Shown: positions 47,309 through 57,728, counted from the first letter of the stretch. The stretch: DNA of 64,000 nt from an uncultured Acidobacteriota bacterium (GCA_963810465.1 CAWENM010000002.1:451001-515000); one strand, 5' to 3'. The notes: generated by a model from the sequence alone, not told the origin. Numbers and translations: made by a program.

Positions 47309-47324
47309 CCAGCCAGGAAGGCAC

Positions 47325-47852
47325 ATGTCGATCGAGACCATCCTCGTCTTCAACAACATCTTCGCCATGCTCACCCTGGTTGCGCTGGGCGGGGCGATCG
47401 GGCTGCTCGCATACCGAGCCGTCAAGGGGCCCGAGGCCGCCGGCTTGTTCGGAGGCAATTCGATCTGGCTCGCCTTCACCGTGGCCCTGGTCTGCACGGT
47501 GGGGTCGTTGTTGTACTCGGAGGCCTTCCACTACGTGCCCTGCCGTCTCTGCTGGTTCCAGCGCATCGCCATGTACCCGCTCGCCGTCGTTCTCCTGGTG
47601 GGTGCGATTCGTCGCGAGGCGGTGGTCAAGTTCTATGCCCTGCCGCTCGCCCTCATCGGGCTCGCCATCTCCATCTATCACAACTTCGTCCAATTCTTCC
47701 CCAGCCTCGAGGGCGGGTCGTGTGATCCCGCGGTCCCCTGCTCGGCGCGGAGCATCGAGATGTTCGGCTTCATGGACCTGCCGTTTATGGCCGGCGTCGG
47801 GTTTATCGTTATCGCTGTCTTACTCGCCTTCTACACGAAAGCCTCCGAATGA
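47325..47852 (+). CDS. DsbB/BdbC-family disulfide bond formation membrane protein
   Basis: 4 TM; periplasmic loop VPCRLCWFQRIAMYPL matches the BdbC CxxC...QR motif. Second Cys pair in CDPAVPC. Confidence 0.7.
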   Translation: MSIETILVFNNIFAMLTLVALGGAIGLLAYRAVKGPEAAGLFGGNSIWLAFTVALVCTVGSLLYSEAFHYVPCRLCWFQRIAMYPLAVVLLVGAIRREAVVKFYALPLALIGLAISIYHNFVQFFPSLEGGSCDPAVPCSARSIEMFGFMDLPFMAGVGFIVIAVLLAFYTKASE

Positions 47853-48505
47853 CTCAGACCAAGAAACCCAAGCCCGGGGCCAAGGACGCCAAGAGCAACT
47901 CCACCATTTGGTGGATCGTCGGAGGCGTGGTCGGTCTCGGCCTGATCGTGGCCCTGGCCATGTCCATTGCCGGGGAGGCGCCCGTCGACGCGAGTATCGG
48001 TTATGGCGACCCGACGGTGACCGGCGATCCGTTGCCGGTCTACGCCGCAGGACAGGAAGACGTCTCCGTCGGCCTCACCGCGCCCAGTGTCGAGGGCGCC
48101 GACTGGGAGGGGAACCCGGTCACGATCGAGCCCGATGGGACCTCCAAGATCATCCTCTTCCTGGCTCACTGGTGCCCGCATTGCCAGGCCGAGGTCCCGG
48201 TGGTCCAGCAATGGGTCAATGACGGAAATCTTCCCGACGACGTGGAGCTGATCTCCGTTGCCACCTCGACCGACAGGCTCCAGACCAACTGGCCGCCTCA
48301 GGATTGGCTCGAGGAGGAGGGTTGGACTTCTCCCGTGATCATGGACGACCAGATCGGGGTTGTCGCCGGCAACTATGGGATGGCGGGGACCCCCTTCTAC
48401 GTGGTGCTCGACGGTGACAACACGAACCTGGGACGAGTGTCAGGGGAGATAGGCACCGCCGGCCTCGATCAGCTGGTCGCTCTGGCCCAGTCCGGGGGCG
48501 GATGA
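47849..48505 (+). CDS. membrane-anchored thioredoxin-like thiol:disulfide oxidoreductase (TlpA/ResA/BdbD-like)
   Basis: N-terminal TM anchor and a thioredoxin fold with active site WCPHC. ATG overlaps the upstream stop (ATGA). Confidence 0.75.
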   Translation: MTQTKKPKPGAKDAKSNSTIWWIVGGVVGLGLIVALAMSIAGEAPVDASIGYGDPTVTGDPLPVYAAGQEDVSVGLTAPSVEGADWEGNPVTIEPDGTSKIILFLAHWCPHCQAEVPVVQQWVNDGNLPDDVELISVATSTDRLQTNWPPQDWLEEEGWTSPVIMDDQIGVVAGNYGMAGTPFYVVLDGDNTNLGRVSGEIGTAGLDQLVALAQSGGG

Positions 48506-48508
48506 ACG

Positions 48509-48949
48509 TCAGGCCTCCAAGGACCTGATCTTCTCCAGACGTCGGACGTGCCGGTCCTCTCGCGAGAATCGAGCCTCGAGAAACGTCGTCACCAGCTCCT
48601 CAGCGAGCGCCTCGCCGATCACCCGTGAGCCCAGGCTGAGCACGTTCACGTCGTCGTGCTCGACCATCTGATGGGCGGTGTACGTGTCATGGGCTATCGA
48701 CGCCCTGATTCCCTGTAGCTTGTTGGCGGCCACCGCCGCCCCCGCCCCGGAACCACAGATGAGGATGCCCCGGTCGGCGCGGCCATCCAGCACGGCCTGG
48801 GAGACGGCGGCTGCATAGTCGGGGTAGTCGACCGGCTCGGCGGAATGGGTGCCCAGGTCGTACACCGCGTGACCGGACTCGGCGAGCCATGTCGACAGGT
48901 GCTCTTTCAGCGGAAATCCGGCGTGATCGGATCCGAGCGCGATTCTCAT
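48509..48949 (-). CDS. rpiB: ribose-5-phosphate isomerase B
   Basis: ATG 48949 ([12 protein letters not shown]...ILICGSGAG...). RpiB/LacAB family. Confidence 0.85.
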   Translation of the reverse strand: MRIALGSDHAGFPLKEHLSTWLAESGHAVYDLGTHSAEPVDYPDYAAAVSQAVLDGRADRGILICGSGAGAAVAANKLQGIRASIAHDTYTAHQMVEHDDVNVLSLGSRVIGEALAEELVTTFLEARFSREDRHVRRLEKIRSLEA

Positions 48950-49027
48950 CTCGGCCGGCAGGGTAGCCAGACCGCCCGCCCCCGGCCCTGCATGGGGTTG
49001 GCGCCACACCTAACTACATTCGCCTCA

Positions 49028-50278
49028 ATGGCCAAGTTGGTTGTCGAGGGCGGAGCGCGTCTCCAGGGGACTGTCGGCGTGCTGGGGGCCAAGAACGCTG
49101 TGCTCAAGGAGATGGTCTCTGCTCTGCTCGCTCCGGGCCGGCATCGTCTGACCAATGTCCCTTCGATCCTCGACGTCGGGCTGATGTGCGAGGTGCTGGA
49201 GCACACCGGCTGCCGGGTGGAGCAGGGCGATCACGAGCTCTGGGTGGTTGTTCCCGACCAGCTCCTCCCTGAGGCGCCGATCGAGCTGGTTCGGCAGATG
49301 CGGGCCTCGATCGTGGTGCTCGGTCCCCTTCTCTCCCGTTGTGGTGAGGCGCGGGTCGCCCTCCCCGGCGGGGACGACCTCGGTGCCCGGCCCATCGACA
49401 TGCATCTCAATGGCCTCGAGGCGATGGGCGTCGACTTCGAGCTGGTCCATGGCGAGCTGGTGGGGCGAGTCGAAGGCCGTCTGAAGGGAACCGAAGTCGA
49501 GCTGCCCTTCCCATCGGTGGGCGCCACCGAGAATCTCTTGTTTGCCGGCGTCCTCGCCGAAGGCGACACGGTCATAGTCAATGCCGCCCGCGAGCCGGAG
49601 ATCGAAGACCTGATCACCCAGTTGACCGAGATGGGAGCCAGGATCACCGGTGGCGGCACCTCCCTGGTGACGGTCCACGGCGTGGAGAGCCTCTCACCAG
49701 CGGAGCACCACGCCGTCCCCGATCGGCTCGAGACGGGGACATATGCCGCAGCCGCCGCCATCACAGGCGGCGATATCACGGTGACAGGCTGTCTCCCGGA
49801 GCATCTCCGTATGGAGCTGAGGAAGCTCGAGGAGGCGGGCTGCGAAGTCGAGCAGGGCAACGGGTGGCTTCGGGTAAAAGGTCCGGAGCGACCGGCTCCG
49901 GTGGACTTCGCCACACTCCCGTTCCCCGGATTTCACACGGATATGCACCCCCAGATGGTCGCCCTGTTGTCGGTGGCCACGGGCACTTCGGTCATCACCG
50001 AGAATCTCTACGACTCACGATTCCGATATGTCGGCGAGCTGGCGCGAATGGGCGCCGACATCACCACGGAGGCGCAGCACGCCATCATCCGGGGTGTCGA
50101 AAGGCTTTCGGGTTGCCCGGTGCTGGCGCCAGATATCCGCGCCGGGGCGGCACTGGTGCTGGCGGGTCTTCGCGCCGAAGGCACCACCGAGGTGGGCGAG
50201 GCGAGCCACATCGACAGGGGGTACGAGGAATTCCCCGAGAGGCTGCGCTCGCTGGGAGCGAGAATAGAGAGAGCGTGA
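49028..50278 (+). CDS. murA: UDP-N-acetylglucosamine 1-carboxyvinyltransferase
   Basis: ATG 49028 (MAKLVVEGGARLQGTV...). EPSP-synthase fold, catalytic Cys loop (LGARPIDMH...), 417 aa. Confidence 0.9.
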   Translation: MAKLVVEGGARLQGTVGVLGAKNAVLKEMVSALLAPGRHRLTNVPSILDVGLMCEVLEHTGCRVEQGDHELWVVVPDQLLPEAPIELVRQMRASIVVLGPLLSRCGEARVALPGGDDLGARPIDMHLNGLEAMGVDFELVHGELVGRVEGRLKGTEVELPFPSVGATENLLFAGVLAEGDTVIVNAAREPEIEDLITQLTEMGARITGGGTSLVTVHGVESLSPAEHHAVPDRLETGTYAAAAAITGGDITVTGCLPEHLRMELRKLEEAGCEVEQGNGWLRVKGPERPAPVDFATLPFPGFHTDMHPQMVALLSVATGTSVITENLYDSRFRYVGELARMGADITTEAQHAIIRGVERLSGCPVLAPDIRAGAALVLAGLRAEGTTEVGEASHIDRGYEEFPERLRSLGARIERA

Positions 50279-51594
50279 TCGCTCGCCGGGCTCTCGACCC
50301 CATTTCAACGGTCGCAGTTGCAATTCTCTCGGTTGCATTCGTCCTCCTGATGACGCCTCCGGCGATGGCCGCACGACCACAGGGAACGGTCGTCGAGGTG
50401 TCGGCGCCGGATGGGGCATATCTGGAGATGGGGGGTCGGCGCTACCGCGGGCCTTTTCGGATTACGGCAGAGTCCGATGGCGTCGCGGTGGTCGAGGTTG
50501 CCCCCCTCGACGCCTATCTGGAGGGGATAAGGGAGGTCCCGTTCAGCTGGCACGAGGATGCCCTGGCGGCCCAGGTGGTCGCAGCGCGCACCTACCTCGC
50601 CTGGACTCTCTTGGGTGGGCGCACCGAGACCGGAAGCCGGATCGGGTACGACATCTGCGCGACAGCGGCGTGCCAGGTCTACGCCGGCGTGGAGGCGGTG
50701 CTGGGTGAAGACGGTGATCGATGGCGTGAGGCGGTGAGCAGGACCTCGGGCGAGATCCTGGTGCACGATGGGGAGCCGGCCCGCGCCTTCTACTCGTCGA
50801 CGACGGGTCTCCGCACCAGGAACATCGAAGACATCTGGCCCGGATCCGAGCCTGCGCCGTATCTGGTCGGGGTCCCTTCACCCGGCGAGGACAGCCCGTT
50901 CGTCAATTGGTCTTGGGAACTGCCGGGCTACCAGATGGAGGATCTGCTCCGAGAGGCGGATGTGGCCGGTGGCGACGTCCAGTCGATCGCAACCAGGACG
51001 ACCGAGGACGGCCAAGGCCCCTGGATGATCGACATCGTGTCCGACTCGGGCACCGTCTCGATGGATACCTGGGCGCTTCGGTCGCGAATCAACGAAGCGG
51101 CGGCCATCTTGCCCGACCTCCTGCCGGCGAAGAGACCGGATGGGATCACCTATCCGAACACCATCCTCAGCCCGGAGTTCTCGATTCGCCGTGAAGTCCG
51201 TGCCAGCCGGGTCGGCGGCGATGCCCTGGCCATCTCCGTCCCCTACTACATCGTCGAGGGGGCAGGCTGGGGGCATCTCATCGGGATGTCCCAGTTCGGC
51301 GCCCAGGCCATGGCCGAGGCGGGTTCGGCCTATCCCGAGATCCTGGCTCATTACTACGGAGGGCTCACCCCCGTCCCCGGTGACCAGTTCCTGCCAGAGC
51401 AGCTGGCCGTCGGCCTGGTAGTCGGCTCCGATTTCGTAAGAGTCCGTTCCGACTCGCCGCTGAACGTCACTGTCGACGGGGTGCCAATCGAGACGTCTGT
51501 AACGGGGACGTGGGGGTTCCTCTCGGTCGATGACGTTCTGCAGGTGATACAGCCAGTGCGCTACTTCCCATGGAGCGGGCCCGACGAGTTCTGA
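50275..51594 (+). CDS. SpoIID/LytB-domain protein
   Basis: GTG 50275 overlaps the murA TGA. Signal/TM then the SpoIID/LytB domain (SWHEDALAAQVVAARTY, FYSSTTG, GMSQFGAQAMA). Confidence 0.75.
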   Translation: MIARRALDPISTVAVAILSVAFVLLMTPPAMAARPQGTVVEVSAPDGAYLEMGGRRYRGPFRITAESDGVAVVEVAPLDAYLEGIREVPFSWHEDALAAQVVAARTYLAWTLLGGRTETGSRIGYDICATAACQVYAGVEAVLGEDGDRWREAVSRTSGEILVHDGEPARAFYSSTTGLRTRNIEDIWPGSEPAPYLVGVPSPGEDSPFVNWSWELPGYQMEDLLREADVAGGDVQSIATRTTEDGQGPWMIDIVSDSGTVSMDTWALRSRINEAAAILPDLLPAKRPDGITYPNTILSPEFSIRREVRASRVGGDALAISVPYYIVEGAGWGHLIGMSQFGAQAMAEAGSAYPEILAHYYGGLTPVPGDQFLPEQLAVGLVVGSDFVRVRSDSPLNVTVDGVPIETSVTGTWGFLSVDDVLQVIQPVRYFPWSGPDEF

Positions 51595-51654
51595 GTCCGG
51601 CGCCGACGGTAGAATCAGGAACAAATCCCTACCAGGCAAGGGTTCTTCAAGGCG

Positions 51655-51987
51655 ATGTCAGAAACACCGGTGACCATATCGAGCAGCGTCAAGGTCGACG
51701 AAGGACCTATCGATGTCGACAAGCTGCGGGAGACCCTCGAGTACATAAGACCCGCTGTCCAGGCCGACGGGGGTGACCTCGTCCTGCTCGGGACAGATGG
51801 CGGCAGGGTCGACATCCAGATGGTTGGCGCCTGCGGCGGCTGCCCCCTCTCGATGATGACCCTGAAAGCCGGTATCGAGCGAATCCTGATGGACCGTGTG
51901 CCGGGAGTCCTCGAGGTTCACGCCAGCGCCGATGCCCCCGGTCTCGAAGAGGACACCGTCAACGGTGTCACCCTCCCCGCCCTGTAA
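51655..51987 (+). CDS. NifU-like (Nfu) Fe-S cluster assembly domain protein
   Basis: 110 aa; C-terminal NifU domain with the CxxC motif (GACGGCP). Confidence 0.8.
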   Translation: MSETPVTISSSVKVDEGPIDVDKLRETLEYIRPAVQADGGDLVLLGTDGGRVDIQMVGACGGCPLSMMTLKAGIERILMDRVPGVLEVHASADAPGLEEDTVNGVTLPAL

Positions 51988-52019
51988 ACGAGCAGGACCC
52001 GCCCTTAGTCTGTCGCCCG

Positions 52020-52733
52020 ATGAGCGACATCGATCTGGCCAGGCGCGTGCGGGATGGGGACCGACGAAGTCTCGCCCGGCTGATCACCGCCATCGAGGCC
52101 GCTGATCCAGATGCCGAGACCGTCGTCACCTCGCTCATCGACTCCACCATCCCGCCCGCCAAGAGGGTCGGTATCACCGGGCCACCCGGAGCAGGAAAGT
52201 CCACCCTCGTCAATGCGATGGTGACGGATCTGAGGTCGAGGGGTGACACGGTGGCGGTGCTGGCGGTTGACCCTTCCAGTCCGATCACCGGCGGGGCACT
52301 GCTCGGCGACAGGATCCGAATGCAGGACCATGCCGGCGATACAGGGGTTTACGTGCGATCCATGGCGGCGCGCGGGCACCTGGGTGGCCTGTCAGTCGCG
52401 GCCGGACCGGCCATCGCCGCCATGGCTCGGGCCGGATTCGACCTGGTTCTCGTGGAGACGGTGGGAGTCGGCCAGTCCGAGCTCGAGGTGATGGACCATG
52501 TCGACGTCGTCGTCTTGGTCCTAGGCCCTGGCTGGGGGGATCAGATTCAGGCCGACAAAGCGGGGATCGTCGAGATCGCCGATGTCTTCGTGGTGAACAA
52601 GGGAGACCGGCCTGGGGTGGACACCGTGCACCGGGCCCTCCTCGAGAGATTGGGAGGCTCCGGGGCGCCGGTGCTGATCACGACGGCGATCACTGGCGAA
52701 GGGGTGCCCGAATTGGTCGAAGTCATCCGCTGA
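52020..52733 (+). CDS. meaB: MeaB/ArgK-family G-protein (short form)
   Basis: P-loop GPPGAGKST and switch regions VETVGVGQSE and NKGD (G4). Only 237 aa, compared with about 320 aa for canonical MeaB. Confidence 0.7.
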   Translation: MSDIDLARRVRDGDRRSLARLITAIEAADPDAETVVTSLIDSTIPPAKRVGITGPPGAGKSTLVNAMVTDLRSRGDTVAVLAVDPSSPITGGALLGDRIRMQDHAGDTGVYVRSMAARGHLGGLSVAAGPAIAAMARAGFDLVLVETVGVGQSELEVMDHVDVVVLVLGPGWGDQIQADKAGIVEIADVFVVNKGDRPGVDTVHRALLERLGGSGAPVLITTAITGEGVPELVEVIR

Positions 52734-52734
52734 C

Positions 52735-55371
52735 TCAGACGTCGTTGCGATCCGACTGGAGCGCCGCCTGCGCCGCGGCGAGCCGCGCCCCCTCGACCCT
52801 CGGTGGGCTGCACGACACGTAGTCGAGCCCAAGATCGTGCACGAAGTAGATGGAATCGGGGTCACCACCATGCTCCCCGCACAGACCGACCACCAGATCC
52901 TGATTGGCCTCCCGGCCCTCCCTCGTCGCGACTCGCACCAGACGCCCCACCCCTGGCCGATCCAGGGTCTGGAACGGGTCGGAGGTAAAGATGCCCTGCT
53001 CCAGATAATCGCTGAGGAACAACCCTTCAGCGTCATCGCGGCTGAGCCCATAGGTCATCTGGGTCAGGTCGTTGGTGCCGAATGAGAAGAAATCGGCAAC
53101 TCCGGCGATCTCGCCTGCGGTCAACGCGGCCCGGGGCAGCTCGATCATCGTCCCGATCGGGATGTCCAACTCCACACCAGAACCTGCGGTGGCGATGGCG
53201 ATCTCCTCCTCGATCATCTCCCGCATCCGGATGAGCTCCTCGGCGGCGGCGACCAGCGGGATCATGATCTCCAGATGGGGATTGCCGCCAGCCTGGATGC
53301 GACGGGTGAGCGCGGTGGTGGCGGCGCGGGCCTGCATCCGATAGAGATCCTTGAGCATCAACCCGAGCCTGACCCCGCGCAGGCCGAGCATGGGGTTGTC
53401 CTCCTCCCATCGAGCGACCTGGTCAGACATCGCCTGTAGGTCGTCGATGGGGCGGCCGGCCCTTACCCGGCGCAGCATCTCGTGCTCCAGCTCGAGACGG
53501 GAGGGGAGGAACTCGTGGAGGGGCGGGTCGAGGAGCCGGATCACCACAGGCAGCCCGTCCATCGCCTCGAGCAGACTCTCGAAGTCCCCTATCTGCTGTC
53601 GTTCCAAATCACCGAGAGCTTCCTCCCGATCGGTCGGATCGGTGGAGAGGATGACCCTCTGGACGATGGCGAGACGCTCGCCAAGGAACATGTGCTCGGT
53701 CCGCGCCAACCCGATGCCCTCCGCCCCGTGGCCCCGGGCCAGCGTGGCGTCTTCTGCCGTGTCGGCGTTGGCCCTGACTCCGAGATCGCGGAACTGGTCG
53801 GCCCATTCGAGCAGTTCACCGAGCTCGGGGGGGACATCCGGCGGGACGAGCTCGATCTCTCCCTGATAGACGACTCCGGTCGTCCCGTCGATGGTGATGA
53901 CGTCACCACGTCGGACATCGACACTCCCGGTGGAGGCGATGCCCGCTTCGGAATCGACCTGCAGCTTGGCCGCCCCGGTGATGGCGGGCTTGCCCATGCC
54001 CCGAGCCACCACGGCAGCATGTGATGTCTTGCCCCCCTGGCTGGTGAGGATGCCGACCGCCGCCGCCATGCCGTGGATGTCGTCCGGGGTCGTTTCCGGC
54101 CGAACCAGGATGACCTCCACCCCGGTCCGTGCCTGCTGGACCGCCTCCTCGGAGGAGAAGACCACCTTCCCGGTGGCGGCGCCGGGGGACGCGGCCACGC
54201 CGACCACGAGCGGTGCAGATCCCTTGACCCGATCAGCGATCCGGGGGCGGTGGAGTTGTTCCAGGGAGTCAGGCTCGACTCTGGTGACAGCAGTTTCCCG
54301 GTCGATGAGACCCTCGCCAACCATGGCCACAGCCATCTTCACCGCAGCCGCTGCCGTCCTCTTCCCTGCCCGCGTCTGCAGGATGTAGAGAACGTCCTTC
54401 TCGATCGTGAACTCGATGTCGCACATGTCTCGGTAGTGGTTCTCGAGCCCGTCCATGATCTGGAGCAGACGCCGATGACACTCGGGATGCAGATCGGCCA
54501 GCTGGTCGAGGGTCAAGGTGTTGCGGATACCGGCTACGACGTCCTCGCCCTGGGCCCGGGGCAGGTAGTCGCCGTAAATGGCCCTTTCCCCTGTGCCAGG
54601 GTCACGGGTGAAACAGACGCCTGTGCCCGAATCGTCGCCGAGGTCGCCGAACACCATCATCTGGACGTTCGCCGCGGTCCCTAGATCGTCCGGGATCGAG
54701 TGGATTCTGCGGTACTCGACGGCACGCTTCGTGTTCCACGACAGGAAGACAGCGGTGATCGCGCCTTTGAGCTGTTGCATCGGGTCCTCGGGTAGCTCAC
54801 CCGGGCGCGCCTGCTCGACGATGTCGCGAAATCGGGTGGTGGCAGTCTCCAGATCCTCGGCGCTCAGCTCCGAGTCGTCCTCGACATCTCTGGATCGCCT
54901 CAGCGCGGTCAATACGTCCTGGAAATTGTGGTCGGGGATGCCGAGCACCACGTCGCCATACATCTGGACGAACCGCCGGTAGGCGTCCCAGCCGAAGTGG
55001 GGGTCGCCCGACCACTCGATCAGCGCCTTCACTACTTCATCGTTGATGCCCAGGTTCAGGACCGTGTCCATCATTCCCGGCATCGAGAACTTGGCTCCGG
55101 ATCGGACCGAGAGAAGCAGTGGTACCGGCCCCGCCCCGAAGATGCGACCACTGGTCTTCTCGAGGCGCTCGACGGCGGTCTCCACCTCCGGCCAGAGGTC
55201 ATCCGGTATGGCGCCGGTGGTCATTGCGGCCCGGCACACATCTGTCGTGATCGTGAACCCGGGTGGGACGGGAAGGCCGAGTGTGGTCATCCGAGCCAGA
55301 CCTGCCCCCTTGCCGCCAAGCAGGTCGCGGTCCGAGCCGTCTGTAGCGGAGAAGTCGTGGAGATGCGGCAT
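52735..55371 (-). CDS. ppdK: pyruvate, phosphate dikinase
   Basis: 878 aa; the ATP-grasp N-domain, central phospho-His domain (GGKTSHAAVVARG) and PEP-utilizing C-domain are all present. Confidence 0.9.
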   Translation of the reverse strand: MPHLHDFSATDGSDRDLLGGKGAGLARMTTLGLPVPPGFTITTDVCRAAMTTGAIPDDLWPEVETAVERLEKTSGRIFGAGPVPLLLSVRSGAKFSMPGMMDTVLNLGINDEVVKALIEWSGDPHFGWDAYRRFVQMYGDVVLGIPDHNFQDVLTALRRSRDVEDDSELSAEDLETATTRFRDIVEQARPGELPEDPMQQLKGAITAVFLSWNTKRAVEYRRIHSIPDDLGTAANVQMMVFGDLGDDSGTGVCFTRDPGTGERAIYGDYLPRAQGEDVVAGIRNTLTLDQLADLHPECHRRLLQIMDGLENHYRDMCDIEFTIEKDVLYILQTRAGKRTAAAAVKMAVAMVGEGLIDRETAVTRVEPDSLEQLHRPRIADRVKGSAPLVVGVAASPGAATGKVVFSSEEAVQQARTGVEVILVRPETTPDDIHGMAAAVGILTSQGGKTSHAAVVARGMGKPAITGAAKLQVDSEAGIASTGSVDVRRGDVITIDGTTGVVYQGEIELVPPDVPPELGELLEWADQFRDLGVRANADTAEDATLARGHGAEGIGLARTEHMFLGERLAIVQRVILSTDPTDREEALGDLERQQIGDFESLLEAMDGLPVVIRLLDPPLHEFLPSRLELEHEMLRRVRAGRPIDDLQAMSDQVARWEEDNPMLGLRGVRLGLMLKDLYRMQARAATTALTRRIQAGGNPHLEIMIPLVAAAEELIRMREMIEEEIAIATAGSGVELDIPIGTMIELPRAALTAGEIAGVADFFSFGTNDLTQMTYGLSRDDAEGLFLSDYLEQGIFTSDPFQTLDRPGVGRLVRVATREGREANQDLVVGLCGEHGGDPDSIYFVHDLGLDYVSCSPPRVEGARLAAAQAALQSDRNDV

Positions 55372-55464
55372 CAGTTCAATGAAGTTAACGATTGCGTCGT
55401 GACCCTCAATGAGGCGAACGCCGAAACATCGGCAGGTCTTTCGCCCTGGAGTCTCTTTCCCGGG

Positions 55465-57180
55465 CTACGGAACAAGCGGGACGAGGAGGTATGAGTCGGT
55501 CTCGCCTCCGACATGGATGTTCACCCTTCCCGAGAAGATGTCGTCGGGCCGATCGTCGGGATCGCCATGCTTGAAAGGCCCTACCCCCCGCCCGGCGTAG
55601 TGAAACTGCTGGGCGAAATCGGACAATTCACCCTCGAATCGATAGTCATTGCCGCGGACGGTCAGAGCCAGACGGTATTCGGCGGGAATGACGATGGAGG
55701 TTGGCCAGATCTCGACCTCAAGCTCGTAGGTGTGCCCCGGTACCAAGGGTTCGAGGCGGTCATGGGAGTGATAGGGCCGATGGGGCAACGACATGTCCGG
55801 GTCGAGCGCCCGATGTGAGGCACGAAGCCAGCCCTGGGCGATCGGTGTGTTGGGGTCGAGAGCGCCCATGAAGGTCACTTCGGCATCGTCGGGATCGAAC
55901 ACCCGCACCACCAGAAACAGGTCGGCATCCGGCGTCTCGGATGAGAGAAAGATCCGGGCCGCCATAGGCCCGGTGAGCTCCATCTCCTCTGTCAGCGGGA
56001 CTGTGCTGAACGTGACGCCTTCTCCCGCGGTGTGGTACGAGACAACGGAAGAGCCAGTCGTTGGCTCCACCGTCAGGCTTCTCTCCTCGGTCAGGTGATA
56101 GCGGGCCCATGTCGTCCGAGCCAAAGGCCATTCGTTCTCGGCACGATCGGTGAAGGTGCCATCGACGTGTCGGATGCGGAGTTGGACCTTCGGCTCCGAA
56201 TCCCAGCCGTTTTCCTCGCCCTTCAGGTAGTGGTCGAAGAAACGCCGCTGCAAGGCGACGCCACGGTCGGTGTAGAAGTCGACCCAGTGCGCATCGCCAT
56301 GGACCTCTAGCCACCTGTCGGTGGCCGCCGACTGGGTGAATGCCTCGATGTTGCCCCGAAGGTGCAGGCCCTGGCCACCCCAGTTCGCCGCCGAGAGCAT
56401 TGGGGTTCTCACCCGCGACCAATCCGGGTTGCGCTCCAGATGCCAGGCATCGATCAAGGGATGGGTCTTCACATCCCGGCCCAGGTCGGCTCTTCTCGAT
56501 GCCAGCACCTCGGGCTCCTCGGTGTCCGGCCCGGAGACGGATTCGCCGGTCACGGCGCTGAAGAACCCCCGATCACCGACGCCGTGCTGGACATTCTCGA
56601 CCTGGCGCGGGTACCAGTCTTGGGCGAACTCGCAAAGGATCCCGCCGTGCCGAGCAAAATCCCGGTACCAGTCTGATGCCCCCTCCCAAGGGCAGATAGC
56701 CGCGAGATGCGGAGGCTGGAGGGCTGCAACCTGATACTGGTTCATTGCGTAGTACGAGATGCCGGCCAGCCCGATTCGGCCGTTGCTCCATTGCTGCGCG
56801 GCAGCCCACTCGATGCAATCGTAGAGATCAACGGTTTCCCGGCCCGACCACACGTCGACGTAACCGGGGGAGCGTCCCGTGCCTCTGGAGTCGACCCGCG
56901 CGCATACATATCCGGCGGGTACCCATCTCTCCGGATCGACCACTTCCCAGTTCTGATGCTCGTTGCTGGTGCCCTGGCCGACCTCGGGATACTTCTCGAT
57001 CATGTAGTCCCATTGCGGTTTGTAGCCCTCCTGGAAAGCGAGTCCCTTCCCGTAAGGGCCATAGCTGAGGAGAGTGGGGTACTCACCGTCCTCGACCGGG
57101 ATGAAGACGTCGGCCCTGAGGACTACCCCGTCGTCCATCGCGATAGGCACATCCCGTTCGATACGCATCGGCGTTTCCAT
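55465..57180 (-). CDS. CocE/NonD-family alpha/beta hydrolase (X-Pro dipeptidyl-peptidase S15-like)
   Basis: 571 aa; nucleophile elbow GISYYA in an alpha/beta hydrolase domain, plus a C-terminal beta-sandwich domain. Confidence 0.8.
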   Translation of the reverse strand: METPMRIERDVPIAMDDGVVLRADVFIPVEDGEYPTLLSYGPYGKGLAFQEGYKPQWDYMIEKYPEVGQGTSNEHQNWEVVDPERWVPAGYVCARVDSRGTGRSPGYVDVWSGRETVDLYDCIEWAAAQQWSNGRIGLAGISYYAMNQYQVAALQPPHLAAICPWEGASDWYRDFARHGGILCEFAQDWYPRQVENVQHGVGDRGFFSAVTGESVSGPDTEEPEVLASRRADLGRDVKTHPLIDAWHLERNPDWSRVRTPMLSAANWGGQGLHLRGNIEAFTQSAATDRWLEVHGDAHWVDFYTDRGVALQRRFFDHYLKGEENGWDSEPKVQLRIRHVDGTFTDRAENEWPLARTTWARYHLTEERSLTVEPTTGSSVVSYHTAGEGVTFSTVPLTEEMELTGPMAARIFLSSETPDADLFLVVRVFDPDDAEVTFMGALDPNTPIAQGWLRASHRALDPDMSLPHRPYHSHDRLEPLVPGHTYELEVEIWPTSIVIPAEYRLALTVRGNDYRFEGELSDFAQQFHYAGRGVGPFKHGDPDDRPDDIFSGRVNIHVGGETDSYLLVPLVP

Positions 57181-57263
57181 CGGTCTGAACCTAACTATGC
57201 GGGGCGAGGGCGCTCCGCCGGCTCGATGGATTTCGCCACAACAGCGGTTGCAGGGAACATGTT

Positions 57264-57728
57264 GTGATGACGTCGCTGGTCCAACGTCTGGATGCGGTTC
57301 TCATCCCGTTCCTCCAACGCTGGTCCCTCCCTGCCCTCCGCTGGTCGCTCGCCGTCGTCTTCATCTGGTTCGGGGCACTCAAGGTATTCGGTGTCTCGCC
57401 GGTCGTCGACCTCGTCGCCTCGACGGTCTACTGGGTCGATCCAGAATGGTTCGTGCCGTTGTTGGGAGTGGTCGAAGTGCTGATCGGCATTGGACTGGCG
57501 CTGAGAATCGGCTTGCGAATCGTGCTGCTGGCGCTCATCGCTCAGATGCTGGGCACCTTCATGGTTTTCCTGTTGCTCCCCGAGGTCGCCTTCCAGGATG
57601 GCAATCCTTTGAAGCTGACGGTCGAGGGTGAGTTCGTGCTCAAGAACCTGGTCCTACTCTCCGCCGCGATGGTCGTGGGCGCCGAGGTGGATCGGTCCAG
57701 GGGCACCGTTGAGCTGGTCGACGCCTAG
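57264..57728 (+). CDS. DoxX-like / DUF417-type small membrane protein
   Basis: 154 aa, 4 TM helices. Resembles the YkgB/DUF417 family. Confidence 0.5.
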   Translation: MMTSLVQRLDAVLIPFLQRWSLPALRWSLAVVFIWFGALKVFGVSPVVDLVASTVYWVDPEWFVPLLGVVEVLIGIGLALRIGLRIVLLALIAQMLGTFMVFLLLPEVAFQDGNPLKLTVEGEFVLKNLVLLSAAMVVGAEVDRSRGTVELVDA

